Positions 12,916 through 26,300 of a stretch of 64,000 bases of DNA are shown one piece after another (the stretch's first letter is position 1; every line of letters begins with the position of its first letter). The notes under the pieces are model-generated. The model did no database searches. It saw only the letters and a list, made by a program, of their open reading frames with translations, and had not been told where the DNA came from. The translations under genes were made by a program, and so were the position numbers. Source of the DNA: Sphagnum compactum (lineage: Eukaryota); NCBI GenBank assembly GCA_965153455.1, contig OZ234493.1, forward strand, positions 29,874,213 through 29,938,212. Direction: 5' to 3'.

Positions 12916-15082
12916 GAGGAAGGAGGTCCCTGGTACCCAAGGCCAAACATATTTCCAATAAACAGCCTGGTACTAGACATAACCTACGGTTATGAAGGTT
13001 AAGAGACCTCCTACTCACTAATATCATAACCGTCAAGTCAATGGATGAAAATGAACATATCGAGTGACTAGAATGGATAGGATCAAAATTGCGCATCCGA
13101 CATCTGAATGTACAGAGTTGACGCGTATGCGTGTGTTTGGATTAATTATTGTTTCATCCATTTGCACGAGGGAGGGTTACGCGATCATTTCATCCATTCA
13201 CAAACCATGGTTATCACATTGTCCTAGGCCCCCCGCATTTCGAGAATGCTTCTCACCCACCAACTTCACTCCTTGTGAAGCATAAGGTGAATGTTATCAT
13301 GAACTTAAAAACATATGTTGATCACAAGGTGTAAGAGGTGAAGGTTCAAGTTCTTATGCCCTAGTCCTTAAGAGTGGGAGGGGACCTTACACCTAACATA
13401 GGCATAATTGTATCTGAACTTTAAAGCCAAAGATGGTATGGGTGAGTTTCTGTGGCATGGAGGGTCAACTGGGCCAAGTCTTGTGAGCCATTTGGGTTAA
13501 GTACTCTGAGCAACAAAGTCTTGAATTCAACAATAATAGAGTTCACCATCTGTAACTCATCCTCCTTCTGCACTCGTGGATTTGCATTGAGGTTATGAAA
13601 CATAGCTGGAACCTGATGCTCTGTCGTAACATGTCCTTGATATACACAAAAGCAAAATCTGATGAGAAAAAAAAATCCATTGTTGGTGTATATATCTACT
13701 GGTTTTGTTAGAGGGTCTCTTCAGAAACCAGGGATAATAATCACTGCAAGCTTTTGGAGAAGTTTCTGGAGGCAACAACAGCTTGTGGTCCACCTTCAAA
13801 AATTTGAGCTTCCCCTGGCACTGGGAGGCACAACATCAACTATAAGACCCGACAAGTTCTTGCTGTGGACAAATTGTTGTGAACAAAAAACGCAGTAAAC
13901 ACAGACACACAGCATAGTAGTACTAGAAAGAATTTGCATGAGATTGATGAAGAGTCCAAAACAGCAGCGTCACAGTAACTGTACACTTGAATCAGCTCCC
14001 TAAAAATCCTAGTAAACGATGGGATCAACTATTTATCATCTTGGAACCCTTTTATTTGGTATCAAGATATGAACGATTTCTGAGCTGCATCTGCAATCCT
14101 GTTAATCACGCTCATTACTTAGAAGTCTTTATTGTATCATTGCTAATTAGTATAACTTGTGCGCCTGTTAAGCCCCCTTTCAACAGAGAGAAAACTCCAT
14201 TAATTAAGCCAGCTTAACCCCCGATGCATTCACCTTCTCTTGACAGTCCTGTAATGGAGAAAAACCCAGGATGGGAAGTCTTTTTAGGAACACCCACAAC
14301 TTCAATGATCCTCAAGATCTCTTTATGGGAAGCTCTATCATCCTGTTGAGAAGCTGCTGCTCTTAGTTACACTGACTGTCTGTGGCAACCATCAATTATG
14401 TATAGGAAGGAGAGAGCAGCAAGTCGATAACCTCATGCTGGATTGCCACTTTGCAATCGAAAAACCCACAATAAATTCCAGCTCTGCTGCGAGTGATCGG
14501 TAACCTGGGGTCCGACGAAAAAAACTCGGGAGCTTTGCATCAGGCTTCTTGCACATGAAGATGATTTGGATGAGCAAATTTTGCCCCAATTGCACCTTAG
14601 ATCTGGTGATACTGTAAAGCTGTACCTAACATGACCAGAAGAGATGTACTGCTGCCTCCTTGTGAAGACTCATCCTCATACCTCTTACATGGGAGATTGT
14701 TGTAGAGAAGAGGTGGCTGGGGGTGGCATGATAACTCTTACTTATGCTTGGCTTCTGCAGCCAGGCATCATCTATTCCGTCATGGGAGATGATAATTCTG
14801 TACATAAAAAATGAGGAGAAAAGATGTGTGCAAAAATAGGACAAGATTGCCTTAAGCTCAGGCATACTATCTTGGTGTCAAAATGGTATCGAAAGGATCA
14901 AGGTCACAGTCTCCATCTGTACTTCTGATCTTGATCCTGCAATCATGCAGTAGTTCTTTGCAGATACACGTCTATGTGCAGGCATAGGTGGAGGAATCTG
15001 CATCCGTTTTTTCCATCTTCTTCCCAGCACCTAGTTTCAAAGCTGTTCAATTGAGATACTTGCTGATGATCATAATCCTGGC

Positions 15083-16900
15083 TTAAGCATTTGCATGAAA
15101 CTCAATGTGGGTTGCTGCTCCAGCGTCGGGCCGAGTGTGATCTGATTCATGAGATCCTGGCAGAAGAAAACGGAACGGCATTTCCTTGATGTCCATAAGA
15201 TGCAAGTGGGATTTCACCTTCTGGCGCAAGACAGAGCTTTTAAAGATGAGGTAGTTCAAGAGAGCTTCATCATGGAAGGGTTGCCGAGTTTTTCTCCTCA
15301 AAGCAACTTTCACCACCTCTGTGGCCATGGCATTTGCAAGGCTGCGCATGGGTCTGATCCCCCCCATCAGAACACCGGTGCTCAGCACCTTTCTCTCTTT
15401 CTCCTCCTTCTCCAACCCATTCCATACCTCTGTTCCGTAGATCTCTTCGATCAACCCCACTGGTCGAGGAAGAGTCGAACTCGTGTTTTGATGAAGTTGT
15501 AGAGATTCTTCTTCCTCCGTGGAGATCATCTTTTGTGTTCGCAGCTGATGCAGGGGAGACGGATCACTCCACTTGCGGGAGTCGAGAGCGAAGAGGAACA
15601 AGCTGCCAGATTTCCTCCTGGCAGGGCCCAGAGGATCATCTCCTCCTCCTGCTCCCTGCTGCTGCTGCAGCACAAACACACCCTGCGCTTCAGTCAGGAG
15701 CACATTGCGGAACTTGTGTCGTACCATGCCTAGTAGAATCTGGTAGCACACCCATCTCCTCAACTCGGACGGCGGATTCTCTAGAAATCCTCGCAATGCG
15801 TTTGCTGGGTCGAGCTCCTGCAGATCGAACCCAACCACTGAACCCCATCCTCCCCATGAGGCCGCAGTCTGATGAGGAGCAGCAGTTGAATCTGCTCCTG
15901 CTGAGGAGGAGGAGGAGGAGGAGGAGGAGGAGGAGCTTCTGGAACCCCATACAGGTTCCGCACTAGCTCTGCTTTTGCTCCCAGAGAATGCATCAACCGA
16001 TCTCCAATACGCAGCAGCGTTGAAGCCGTCGCTGATGGATGAAGACGAGGAATTCTCTCGAAGCAGGAGCTCACGGAAGCTCTCATCTTCCTGGTCGATC
16101 ATGGCCGCCATCCCGGGAGGAAGTGGTCTCCAAGGAAACAAGAGCACCACATCTGCTCTGGCTGGTACTCCACTCCAATGCAAACTCCGCAAGAAGAGTC
16201 GCAAATCCTCCACACTGGTACTCTCCGCCAAGTGTGCAACTACCAGCTCACTCATGGCCCATCTCCCGCGCCTGAAAAGCTGACCCATCCCTTGCAACGC
16301 AGCTCCATGCGCCTCGTGTTCATGTTCTTCCGCAACTGCAGCAAAGAAGCCCTCCTTCCTCAACACCTCCCGACTACTGCTGCTGCTCCTGCTCCTGCTA
16401 CTACTACCGGTAGCGTCACTCTGCAACACCCTGTTCAAAGGAGTATGAGGAAAAGTGATCAGCAGATGAGGATTCCTCCCGAGGAGCTGCTGCTGGTGCT
16501 GCTGCCATGAAGCTGCAAGTGATGAGGAATCCAGCTTGAATGGACCTTGAATCATGGGTGGTTCCAAACCGCAGTAGGCGATCAACAGAAACGACAAGAG
16601 AAGGAAGCAAAGGAAAGTGGTGATGAGGAGCGTGTAGTATTTGCTACTGCTGAAAGAACTGAAATTATTCTTGGTGGAGCAGCTGCTGCTGCTGCTGTTG
16701 CTGAAACTGTGACTCCTGTTGTAGTAGCTATTGCATGTGGTTGCCATCAAGCTGCTGCTGTTCATGGACTTCTCAGATCCTAGTAACAAGGAAGAAGAAT
16801 CATGGCAGGAGGAGGTGCTATCAAAATTACAAATGAGATTGGACTTGGATCTCGTCAGTCTGTAAGCTGCAGTCTCTGACGCCATATTTGCAACGACCAT
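15083..16900 (-). CDS. Uncharacterised plant type II membrane protein (resembles the DUF7780-type family as I recall it), single coding exon, ~605 aa
   Basis: Long ORF with first ATG at 16900 (MVVANMASE). Ser-rich N-terminus and one TM helix (LLITTFLCFLLLSFLLIAY). Family-like blocks LQGMGQLFRRG..MSELVVAHLAE..DLRLFLR, GSVVGFDLQELDP.N.LRGF, LRRWVCYQILLG, GVLMGG. Confidence 0.85.
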   Translation of the reverse strand: MVVANMASETAAYRLTRSKSNLICNFDSTSSCHDSSSLLLGSEKSMNSSSLMATTCNSYYNRSHSFSNSSSSSCSTKNNFSSFSSSKYYTLLITTFLCFLLLSFLLIAYCGLEPPMIQGPFKLDSSSLAASWQQHQQQLLGRNPHLLITFPHTPLNRVLQSDATGSSSRSRSSSSSREVLRKEGFFAAVAEEHEHEAHGAALQGMGQLFRRGRWAMSELVVAHLAESTSVEDLRLFLRSLHWSGVPARADVVLLFPWRPLPPGMAAMIDQEDESFRELLLRENSSSSSISDGFNAAAYWRSVDAFSGSKSRASAEPVWGSRSSSSSSSSSSSSAGADSTAAPHQTAASWGGWGSVVGFDLQELDPANALRGFLENPPSELRRWVCYQILLGMVRHKFRNVLLTEAQGVFVLQQQQGAGGGDDPLGPARRKSGSLFLFALDSRKWSDPSPLHQLRTQKMISTEEEESLQLHQNTSSTLPRPVGLIEEIYGTEVWNGLEKEEKERKVLSTGVLMGGIRPMRSLANAMATEVVKVALRRKTRQPFHDEALLNYLIFKSSVLRQKVKSHLHLMDIKEMPFRFLLPGSHESDHTRPDAGAATHIEFHANA

Positions 16901-17222
16901 TGTTTGTCCCAAAAAGCACACTAGACTGCTACTACTACTACTACTATCTTTCTTTCTTTCTTTCTTTCTTCACAAAATTAGTCTCAAATTTGTGCTAGAA
17001 AAGAATGGGAGAACAAAACAACAACAACAAACAACAAACAACTTGAGTCTGCTGCTGTGCTGCATTCTGATCTTGGACAGAAGAAACTAACTCCACAATA
17101 TGGGTGCAGATCCACAGAGAGCATGCACAGCCAAGATTCTGGTCACAATGAATGAATTCATCAGTACCCAAAACCCAATACTCTGGAGAAGAAATCAACC
17201 AGACACACACACAGAGAGACAC

Positions 17223-17260
<38 letters not shown>

Positions 17261-18210
17261 TTTGCAGAATTGGCAACACAAGTACAACCAAATTTTGTCT
17301 GCAACACTTAACTGAGTAAAAGCCATAGTCAAAGACTAACACAAAACAACAACAATTCACCAAACCTGGAGTGTAAGGTAACCAGAATTTTTCATTTTTT
17401 TTGATAAAAAATTTCCCGTGGTATTATATATGAGGGGAAAAAAAAAGAAAAAAGGAAAGTGATTGTTTCAAGAAAAAAAATAATGAAATGCGTGCTTGCG
17501 CCTTCACGGGTGTAGGAAAATTAAATTTTCATATTGCACTATGACGCCCTCCAACTACACTACCAAAAATTGGGTTCGTGCTTTATGAATCATATATTTT
17601 TTTTAAATCCAAAATAAGTACATAGGTGCTTTGTAAACTACAACCCACCAAAACAAATTTTCCCTTCTAACTAACAAAACTTTTGTAATCAAAAACTAAG
17701 TGCACCAAAGAAAGTGCATAATCAACTACCATACTACTACTACCTTGGCAGGTTTGACACCAATAATATCACTTTTGTCATCAGAAATGTTGAAATCTTC
17801 AAAAAATATAATTTTTTTTGCTCTATGATTTTTCTTTTTTTTTTTTGGTTAGGGGAGAAAGAAAATAAGAGAATATTTTAGAATATCCTGAAAAAAATGA
17901 AATTTTTTACTTTTTTGACATGGAAATTGGAATCTTCAAAACAAAAAAGAATATGATTCCACCACACTTTACTCAAATGTTGAACTTGCCATCATGGTAG
18001 TATGCTATGGGATAAAGACTACATCCAAAAGATTCACTGGAACCAGATAATTGGCAGCAATCTCCATGACCCATTTTTGAAGAGAGTATAAAAATAAGTG
18101 TGTAACAACAAAAAAACAAACAAAATATAGAACAAGAGAAGCAGCAACTAAATAGGTACCAACTACTCTTACACCAATTGGGAAGCACAAAACCAACAGA
18201 ATGATCATCA

Positions 18211-18245
<35 letters not shown>

Positions 18246-18639
18246 CTTCTATCTATTATCATCACCACTTAGAGCAGCTCAAAATATTCATTGCTTCATT
18301 CCTTTGTTTGTCCATTCTTGGTCTATGACTGGACTGGTTTGTGAGTGCTTTCTAACTTCCAACTTTCACAATATGTAGGTAAAGGATCAAAGGTTTTTTC
18401 AGGTATCTTAAATGGGGGCTGATTTCAGTCCCTTTGTGCTGACCCCAGTGATTTGTTCCTTGACGAAAATTTTGTCACTTTTTTGACAGAAAATTTGCAA
18501 AGGTTTTGGAAAAATTTTGGTTTTTTTTCTAAAAGTTTAAATTCAACTCATTTCACTAGTTTTTGGAGAATATTTTTAAAAATTGGGAAAAAAAAAAAGA
18601 AACGCCCTGCTGCCAACATTGTCTCATCTCTTACTGGTT

Positions 18640-18915
18640 GTTGTTTTTTATGTGAAATTTCTTTTGAGTGGGGAATTTCTTTTTGAGAATGGCAACAAAA
18701 AAAAGTACTTTTCAGGTTTCGTAGTTGCCAGATTTCAGGGAAGGAAAAAGGAAAAAAAAACCCTTGAAAATCAGCAGGTTTTTGTATTAAGTTCAAGTTC
18801 AGTAGCGAATAATATAGAAGGATGCTTTTTCTTTTTGTTTCTTTCACTTTTTGTTTGTAGCCATATTTGCTTTATTCATCTTATGGATCATCACCATCTC
18901 AGCTACATTACAGCA
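18640..18915 (-). repeat. Dispersed repeat family B (copies also at ~35580-35700 and ~51950-52220)
   Basis: The reverse complement of 18857-18912 (TGTAATGTAGC..GATCCATAAGATG..GCAAATATGGCTAC) aligns with TGTGATGTAGCC..CATCCACAAGAGG..CCAAATTTGACTAC at ~51963 and TGTGATATAGCC..CATCCACAGCAAGATTTAGCCAAA at ~35589. Boundaries are approximate. Confidence 0.55.
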
Positions 18916-19005
18916 TTGGCAAAAAAAATAAAAAATGGGCACTGATACTTACTTACTCATGATCCTTTGCTCACAAAGAGCACATACATTCTCTAGAACA
19001 TAAAA

Positions 19006-19050
<45 letters not shown>

Positions 19051-20294
19051 AGGATTCCACCCAGTGTATGAAAAGTTCCTTGGTGAATATTTCAAGTAAA
19101 AAAACTCGTGAAGATCTGTCACCTTTTTGTCAAGACAAGTTAGCAGCTCAAAATTCATTCATATAACCGCAGCCTAATGTTAGTTATACGAGTCAGTAAT
19201 ACCCTCGTCGTCATGCTTATAGGTGGTGAGATCCCTCCTACTCTTTAAGAGTAAGCATAAATATCACTACCTTTTTTCGTTTTTTTGAGGAGGGATATAT
19301 ATATATATATATTCATGGCTATAAGGTGCCATCCACATACACTAAGAAATTTCTTTGAGTGCTTTACAATTGACTTCAAACTTCCAACTTTTACATGAAC
19401 AAGTGTAAGAATGAGATGATCTCTACCCATGTATGATCATGTCAACTTCTTGGCAGCTCAAACTCATTTCATTCACTTGCAGTCTGATGATTGATTGGCT
19501 TCCAAACTTCTTCCAACTTGACACGAGTCATGGGTGTCTTGTAAGAAGGAGATCTACAATCCGTGATCATGAGAACTTCTTATTATTATGGTCTTCTTCT
19601 TAGTTGTTGCTGCGCACCACCATCTTTGAATGACTTGTAGTTGAATCATGCTCTCAAGAGTCTTTCCCCCCTTACTATCCCACCTAATTTCTATGAATAG
19701 TGAAAGTGAACTTCATTCCAAAGAGGCTCGTACTCCATAAACACAAGGTTCTCACCCATTATCAGATTATTATGTTCCGGGCTTGAAGGTCTTATATTTT
19801 TGGTTGTCAAAGGTCTACTACTTATTCATCGCCGCCACCGATTGAATGAGTGAGAGGGCCCATTGGCTATTATATAATGAACAATACATTAAAAAATGTA
19901 AACCAAGCCTTATGATTTAAAGTGAAAGCTTGGTGTCAATGGTCCAAGTCATGCATGTCTTGTCCTTATTTTATGAGAATAAATGAAAAGTTGTCAAATT
20001 TTTTACTAAGAAAGGGGCAAGTGTTGCATGCACAAAGGTTGCTTTGCTTGCTTGTATCCAAATGACTTCACCTAAGAAGGGAATGTGTGGAGAAGGAGAT
20101 GTGGTTTGGTTATGAGAACTTTGTCAATCTGTTGTGTAGTAGTGGAAGGGAAGACTCCAACTACACCTTGGAGGTTGGTTAAAATCACCCCCCTAGAAGC
20201 TCTTTGTGGGGAACCCTTCTTGTTGGGTTGGGAATAATTATTCCCATGCTTAGCCAGGAAACAATTCTTTGTTCTAGCTAACCATGGTGGTTAG

Positions 20295-20378
20295 CTTAAG
20301 GGCTTTTTTTTTACTACCTACCTACTAATAACCCACTTGCAGGTTGTTAGTAGGTAGGTAGTAAAAATAACCCTTAAG
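20295..20378. mobile_element. 84-bp foldback / miniature inverted-repeat element
   Basis: CTTAAGGG.TTTTTTTTTACTACCTACCTACTAATAACC, short loop, GGTTGTTAGTAGGTAGGTAGTAAAAATAACCCTTAAG. Nearly the whole element is self-complementary. Confidence 0.7.
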
Positions 20379-23300
20379 GCATGGTCACACCTCCTGCTAT
20401 CTCCAATGTTAGAGTAGCACAAAACATTTTTTTAATTAATCATTAATCCACACCTAAAATGCTAATTAAAACATTGTTAAATCTTAGGTGGCATATGGCA
20501 TCAATGTTAAGAATGGTGTTAATACCCATTGTTAATTAATTTTTTTAATTTTTTTTAAATTTCAAAACCCAACATCCTGATAATTAAAGTCTCAAAAAAT
20601 GACAAAATAATTAAAGGTTTAGCATTCATTTTTGTTTAATCTTTTTTTTCCCCTCTATTTTTCAAAAGAAAGAAAAAAAAAATTACTTTTGTAGATGTGG
20701 ATTAGATTGCAAACTCTAAAAAAATAACTCAATATTAATGATTAGTTAACATTATGTGTGAACATGTTGAATGTAATGTTTAGGAGGTCAATGATGACTT
20801 ACAATGTTAAAAAATTATGATTCATGACTCTTTGTTGATGTTAGTTGCAAGCCCAATACATTTACTTATGTATAAAGTATAAACCATCTACTTATCCCAA
20901 AATCACCGGTTTTCTTACATACCTATATACAAGACCTACTTTTTATAGAATGAGTTACCAAGGCCAAACCAAATGAGGTTCATCCACAATTGAGTCATAA
21001 AGGGCATCCCGTGGATGGTTTGTTGGCGGGGTTTGCTTGATTTTCATACTTTGTTACATTAGTCACATGAAGAAATTAGTTTCCTTGAGCACTTTGGTTG
21101 TTTTGCAAGTTGAATGCCAAAAGGGTTTAACATCTAGTGTTATTAGCTATATAGCTTATCGACAAAGCTTTATAACAAAATAGTTGAACAAACATCAAAT
21201 ATAAACCATGTATATGTAATTACCCATGGGAACTAGCCTATATGCAATTCACCTTATATGATATGTTTCTATATGAAATGGGATTTGTTGCTAGAATTCA
21301 AGAGATTGGTAATTTGATGAGTGACTTTTGTGTGTTTGTATTGGATTAGTGAGCAAAAACAATGATCTTTGCGAATTATAAAAAGTTTTTGAAGAACATT
21401 GCTTTCACCAAATAATGATATTCTTATTTGAAAACTTCAAATTGCCTTGCTTGATTTCGAGGTTGTCTAACCACAACATTTTAATTATCATGGTTGATAA
21501 TTCAAATAAAGGTAACTAACTAATGTCAAACTTGTGGAACCTTCATTTTAGATTAAGTTTTGAATGACTTTCTTATAGAAACGAAAGTCACTTAAAATTC
21601 AATAATTTTTGTTCTACTTATTTGAAAATTGCAAAACGACAAATGTGCACATTGCCTTATTGAGGGCTTTTTAGCTGTACCAAAAGCAAAGCAAGGGGCC
21701 CAATTATTATTATAGCATGGGTGACATCCAAACGAACAAAATTAGAAAACACTTCATCTTAATATATAGATAGTTTATGGGGTTGAAAACTTTAAAACCG
21801 AAAAGGTGAATTTTTATTTTTCAATGATATTTCATTTTTGTAATTTCATTTTTGAATGATATTTCAGTATTTATTATCATTATTAAAACACACACACACA
21901 CACACATATTCCAACAACGAAGAAAAATATGTCAATTTTGTTGCAATAGTTGAAAACTAAAAAAGAAATTCAGTATGTCAAATATTATCATTAATGTGTT
22001 CATTATCATTATCCACATAAGCCAATGTTTAAACTCTTTTGAAAGCTTTACATGGTTGAAAATACACAACTTACCTTGAATTCATTTCATTATTATTTTT
22101 TTGAAAATGCCCCCAAGATTTATCATTGTTTTTCAATTTTTGATGAAAAATAATATTCAAAACATCAATATGAAATATATAGTATAGTCCAGTTCCAAAG
22201 GAAAATATCCATTCAAAGAAATTAACTTGAACACATATGTGAAAACATTAGCCATACAAAGGGGCTCCTAAGGGCCATTTTGGGATGAGGGAGGAATTCA
22301 TTTTGAGAAAGGGAAAGGAACAAGAAGGGAGCTAAGGTGAGGAGGCATGTTCACATTAAAATGGCCCACATCAAATGTAACTATGGCTTATTTTACATGT
22401 TTTTGAATTTGACAAATTAAGTTAACATTAAATTGTGTGGTTTATTTATACCAAAAAAAAGTTATATATCATTATAGCATTTGCATAAAATTGAAATGAA
22501 ACTAATAAATGTAGTGTACCTAGAAATATTTTAAAAATATTATAACCAATGTTAAATATCTATTAAGATTACCTCAACAAGTATTGCAAAGTCTTTCTAT
22601 CATGAATACACCTAGAGGAGAAAGGAATGAAAGGGAGGAAGGGACAAAAGTTATTGAATGAACTAAAGTTGATGGCGTGGACAATCAAGTACGCCAAATG
22701 GATGAAAATGTTGTCTAAAAATGCAATGTTCATAGGCAACTACATTAATAGAACTAAACATTAGGATGAGATTTTCAACATAAATAATTTTGTGCCATGC
22801 ATGATAAAAGTATGTTCATGGATGAGAGTTCTGATGCATGCAATTGATCATATGGATAAAACTTGATGGATAAAATTATTTCATGGATGACATTGACCAC
22901 ACAAATACAACTGGCTATATGAGAAATGGATTTCATAGATGAATTTTGACACTCTAGATGAAATTAAACTTTAAAAGTGAAATTAATATATCTAGGAAAA
23001 ATTAACACATAATACATATATGTGAAATTGATGGCGCGAATGTATACTGCATGTTTAAGGTGTGCCATCTTTTCATCTTCTCATCCTCCTTGCTACTTTT
23101 ACTTGTTTTTATCCTTTTTTCTATTCTTTTATATTATGAAGGTCAAGTACAAATAAATAAATACAAAAAAAAAATTGTGAAAATTTAACATGCAAAGTAT
23201 TAAAAAAATTCAATATGATAGTGATGAATTTTTTATGCATCATGCACAATTTCATCAACATTGGTAACTCACAAGATTGTCACATGTCCTTTGTTAAGTT

Positions 23301-26300
23301 TCTCCCCTTACAACCTTTATGCAAAATTGTTAGCACTTGAATTTGATTTTAAATGTTTGTTTTGGAACTAAACCATACATCAAGATGTTTTCAATCATTT
23401 TATTAAAGGGGAACCTAAGGAAATGAATCTTAAAACCCATCCCCTAAAGGTTTGCCCCTAGATTGGAAAGTTGATATCGAACACGCAATGTTGTCATAAA
23501 ATCAATAACACTTGCATTTGACAATGACCTTGGACAAATACACTTTTGAGACTTTAGTATTTTGGTGGAGGCTTTTGTTGTATTCAATTTGTTGGTACTT
23601 GCAAATCCTTGGGCTCTCACATTTATCAAACCTTGTGCAAGTCTCAAAGTTCATACTTAGAAGGTTATTGATGAAGTCATATTGAAGGCTCCTAAAAATG
23701 TTCAAGAAAGAATATAGTGCAAAAAGCTCCTAATGTGTATTTATGTTTTTTTGGTAATTAAAATTTTCAATATGTTTATTGACTATAATATGTAAATATT
23801 ATTGGGATCCATGTTAAACTCACAAAGGTTGCATGTTAAACTCTTATACTATATGTGTCTTGGGAATGGAAGAGATGGGAAACTAACTATTGAAGCACAA
23901 TTAGTGGAAAGGGGACCTTGGGAAAAAAAAAGTGCCCAACCATGCTTGACCACAAAACAAAGATAGTACTATTGAATTCAAACTTCAAATCATTTCTTTT
24001 GGCTAGTTGATTCCTAACTAGTGGTGTTCCAATTGATTCCAAAAATGAATGTACATTGCTAATACCTCTAGCCAAATTCAACTAGGTGCACAATTGGAAC
24101 ATCAATAGAACATAAGAGCTATTGGTTAATGTGTGGTTTTTGGTTTACTATTGTAATTCTTGTTCATACACTTTAACTCAAGAAAATGAGATTTTAATGA
24201 ATGATGAAAGAGAATCAAAACAATGATCCATTTTCACAACATCTCTATTGCAAATCCCAAGTATTGGAACCTAGTAAAACATAACCATTAATTATGAACT
24301 CATTCAAATTTTGCGTGGAATTGGATCTAGAATCACTTTCGAACTTTACTTGTTTTAAAATATTTTTGAAAAACTAAACTAAAATTGGAATTGAAGGATT
24401 TTTTTGAGAAAAGAAGGCTCATTGAACAATTAATCTTGCTATGAAAAACAAATGACAAGGGAAAGGGAGAGTCTGCACAAAAAATCAGATTAAATGAGGT
24501 ACGGTAAAACCATGGAAGGAATGGGCATGTTCATATTTATTTTTCTTACTTTAGAACATAATTGCACATCATTTATTTTATACATAATTATTTTTGTTCC
24601 TTAACATAAGATTAAAAGCACAATTAAACCAAAATTGTACAAGAATGAAATGAAAACAATGGAGTTTCCATTCTAAAATGAAAAATTGTTGTTGTATGAC
24701 GGAATGACACTTTAATATTTCCTTTTATGAGTTGGAGATGTGTTGGTTTTTTAATTTTTAAAGAAAAGGAAATGAAGCATTTTACATGCCATGCTTAACA
24801 TGGACCTTTCTAATATAAAAGGTTTTTTGATCTCTATGATTGCAAATCTCATTTCTATCCAAATAATTTAATGTGATCCAACTTTTCATTCTTTTTTCAA
24901 TAAAATAATGATTTGAAATGAAGCTATATATTTTAGATGTAATGATAATAATTTTGAAATTTATCATCACCTTTAAGTTGACATCTATTCCATTATTTCA
25001 TGGATAATAACATCTTCAACCAGTTAATCACAAATAATAATTATGCATTTCAACAATTTGTTAATGGCTTTTAGACTTTTTGAAACAAGCAATCTCATCG
25101 ACCATAAATGTTTTATTTACAACTAGGGGCAAGCCTATGATGCTATTATAATATTTAAGTGTCAATTTGTTAAAGATAACTCTTCAAACGATTCAAAACT
25201 CAATTCTAACAATGTGATTGGCCATATTCGCTATTTTTCATCCCTAGGCACAAGCCTAGTGCATAGACCCCATATATTTGAATATATTTTTTACAATAAC
25301 CCTTGTTTGTGTATAGACAAGGTTAAAAAACCAAGTGGAGCAAGAGATATGCTTTCTATGGATTCCATTTTCTTCATTGAAAAAAGGCCATACATACTTG
25401 GTGCACATGTGGTTTGAATATGTCTTTTTAATGGTGCACCGAACAAGCTAATGTGAATAGGAAGCATGGCATAAAAACCCAAATAAATGAAAGGAAAAGG
25501 ATGGAAAATTGGTTTGGGATGGCACTTATCATATTTTATATTGAAAATTATAGATTGGAAACAAAGATCCTAGACATGTAACAATTAACAACCCACATAT
25601 TGAAAGCAGGCACAAGATGTTTGTTGTACATTTGTTCAAAGAATGAGTCACTTTTGCATGTTTCTAATTATGACTAATGGTAGATAAAATAGTTTCTTGA
25701 ATTCATAAAAAAAATTGTGTCGTGTATGCACCTCTCACAAAAATGTGATATATCCAACGCTAAGGCAATGCCAACTACCTCTAGTCATTGGTGCACATAT
25801 AGTATATGGAAGAAGTTGCATTACAAGCATCATCAACCTTTTCTTAAGAAGATGCCCAACACTAAAAATTTGCAACCTTACAAAATTTAGTTTTAAAATC
25901 TTCATCATAAACCTCACAATCCCATAGATGATACATAATTTACATTATGATGCATAATTAGATTTTGCCCTTAATAACTTGAAGCTTGGGGCTACCAAAA
26001 TCAAAGTGGTCACTACGCTTTCATTCCCAATTCCATTTGTGTATTTTGTGCATGAAGCAAAAAAAAAATTTATTGACAAAATGTGAATTGCATCAAGTTG
26101 GTTGAAGTTGGTTGGTCTATTGTAGCTAGGCTATTAACATCAAGTTGACAAATGGAAGTTTGAGATTTCAGCCATGGCTCCATCTTTGAGCAAATCGTGT
26201 GAAACTTCTCTAGGTGTGGATATTTACATTTTCATTGGGAAAATGGTTTAGGGTTTAGAAAACTAAGACACCTTCATGCTCAACAATTATATATATTTTA

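Noticed and set aside
13400..15000. Moderately GC-rich stretch with short ORFs as a separate gene
   Set aside because: No recognisable domain or consistent exon chain. It is more likely UTR or non-coding sequence.
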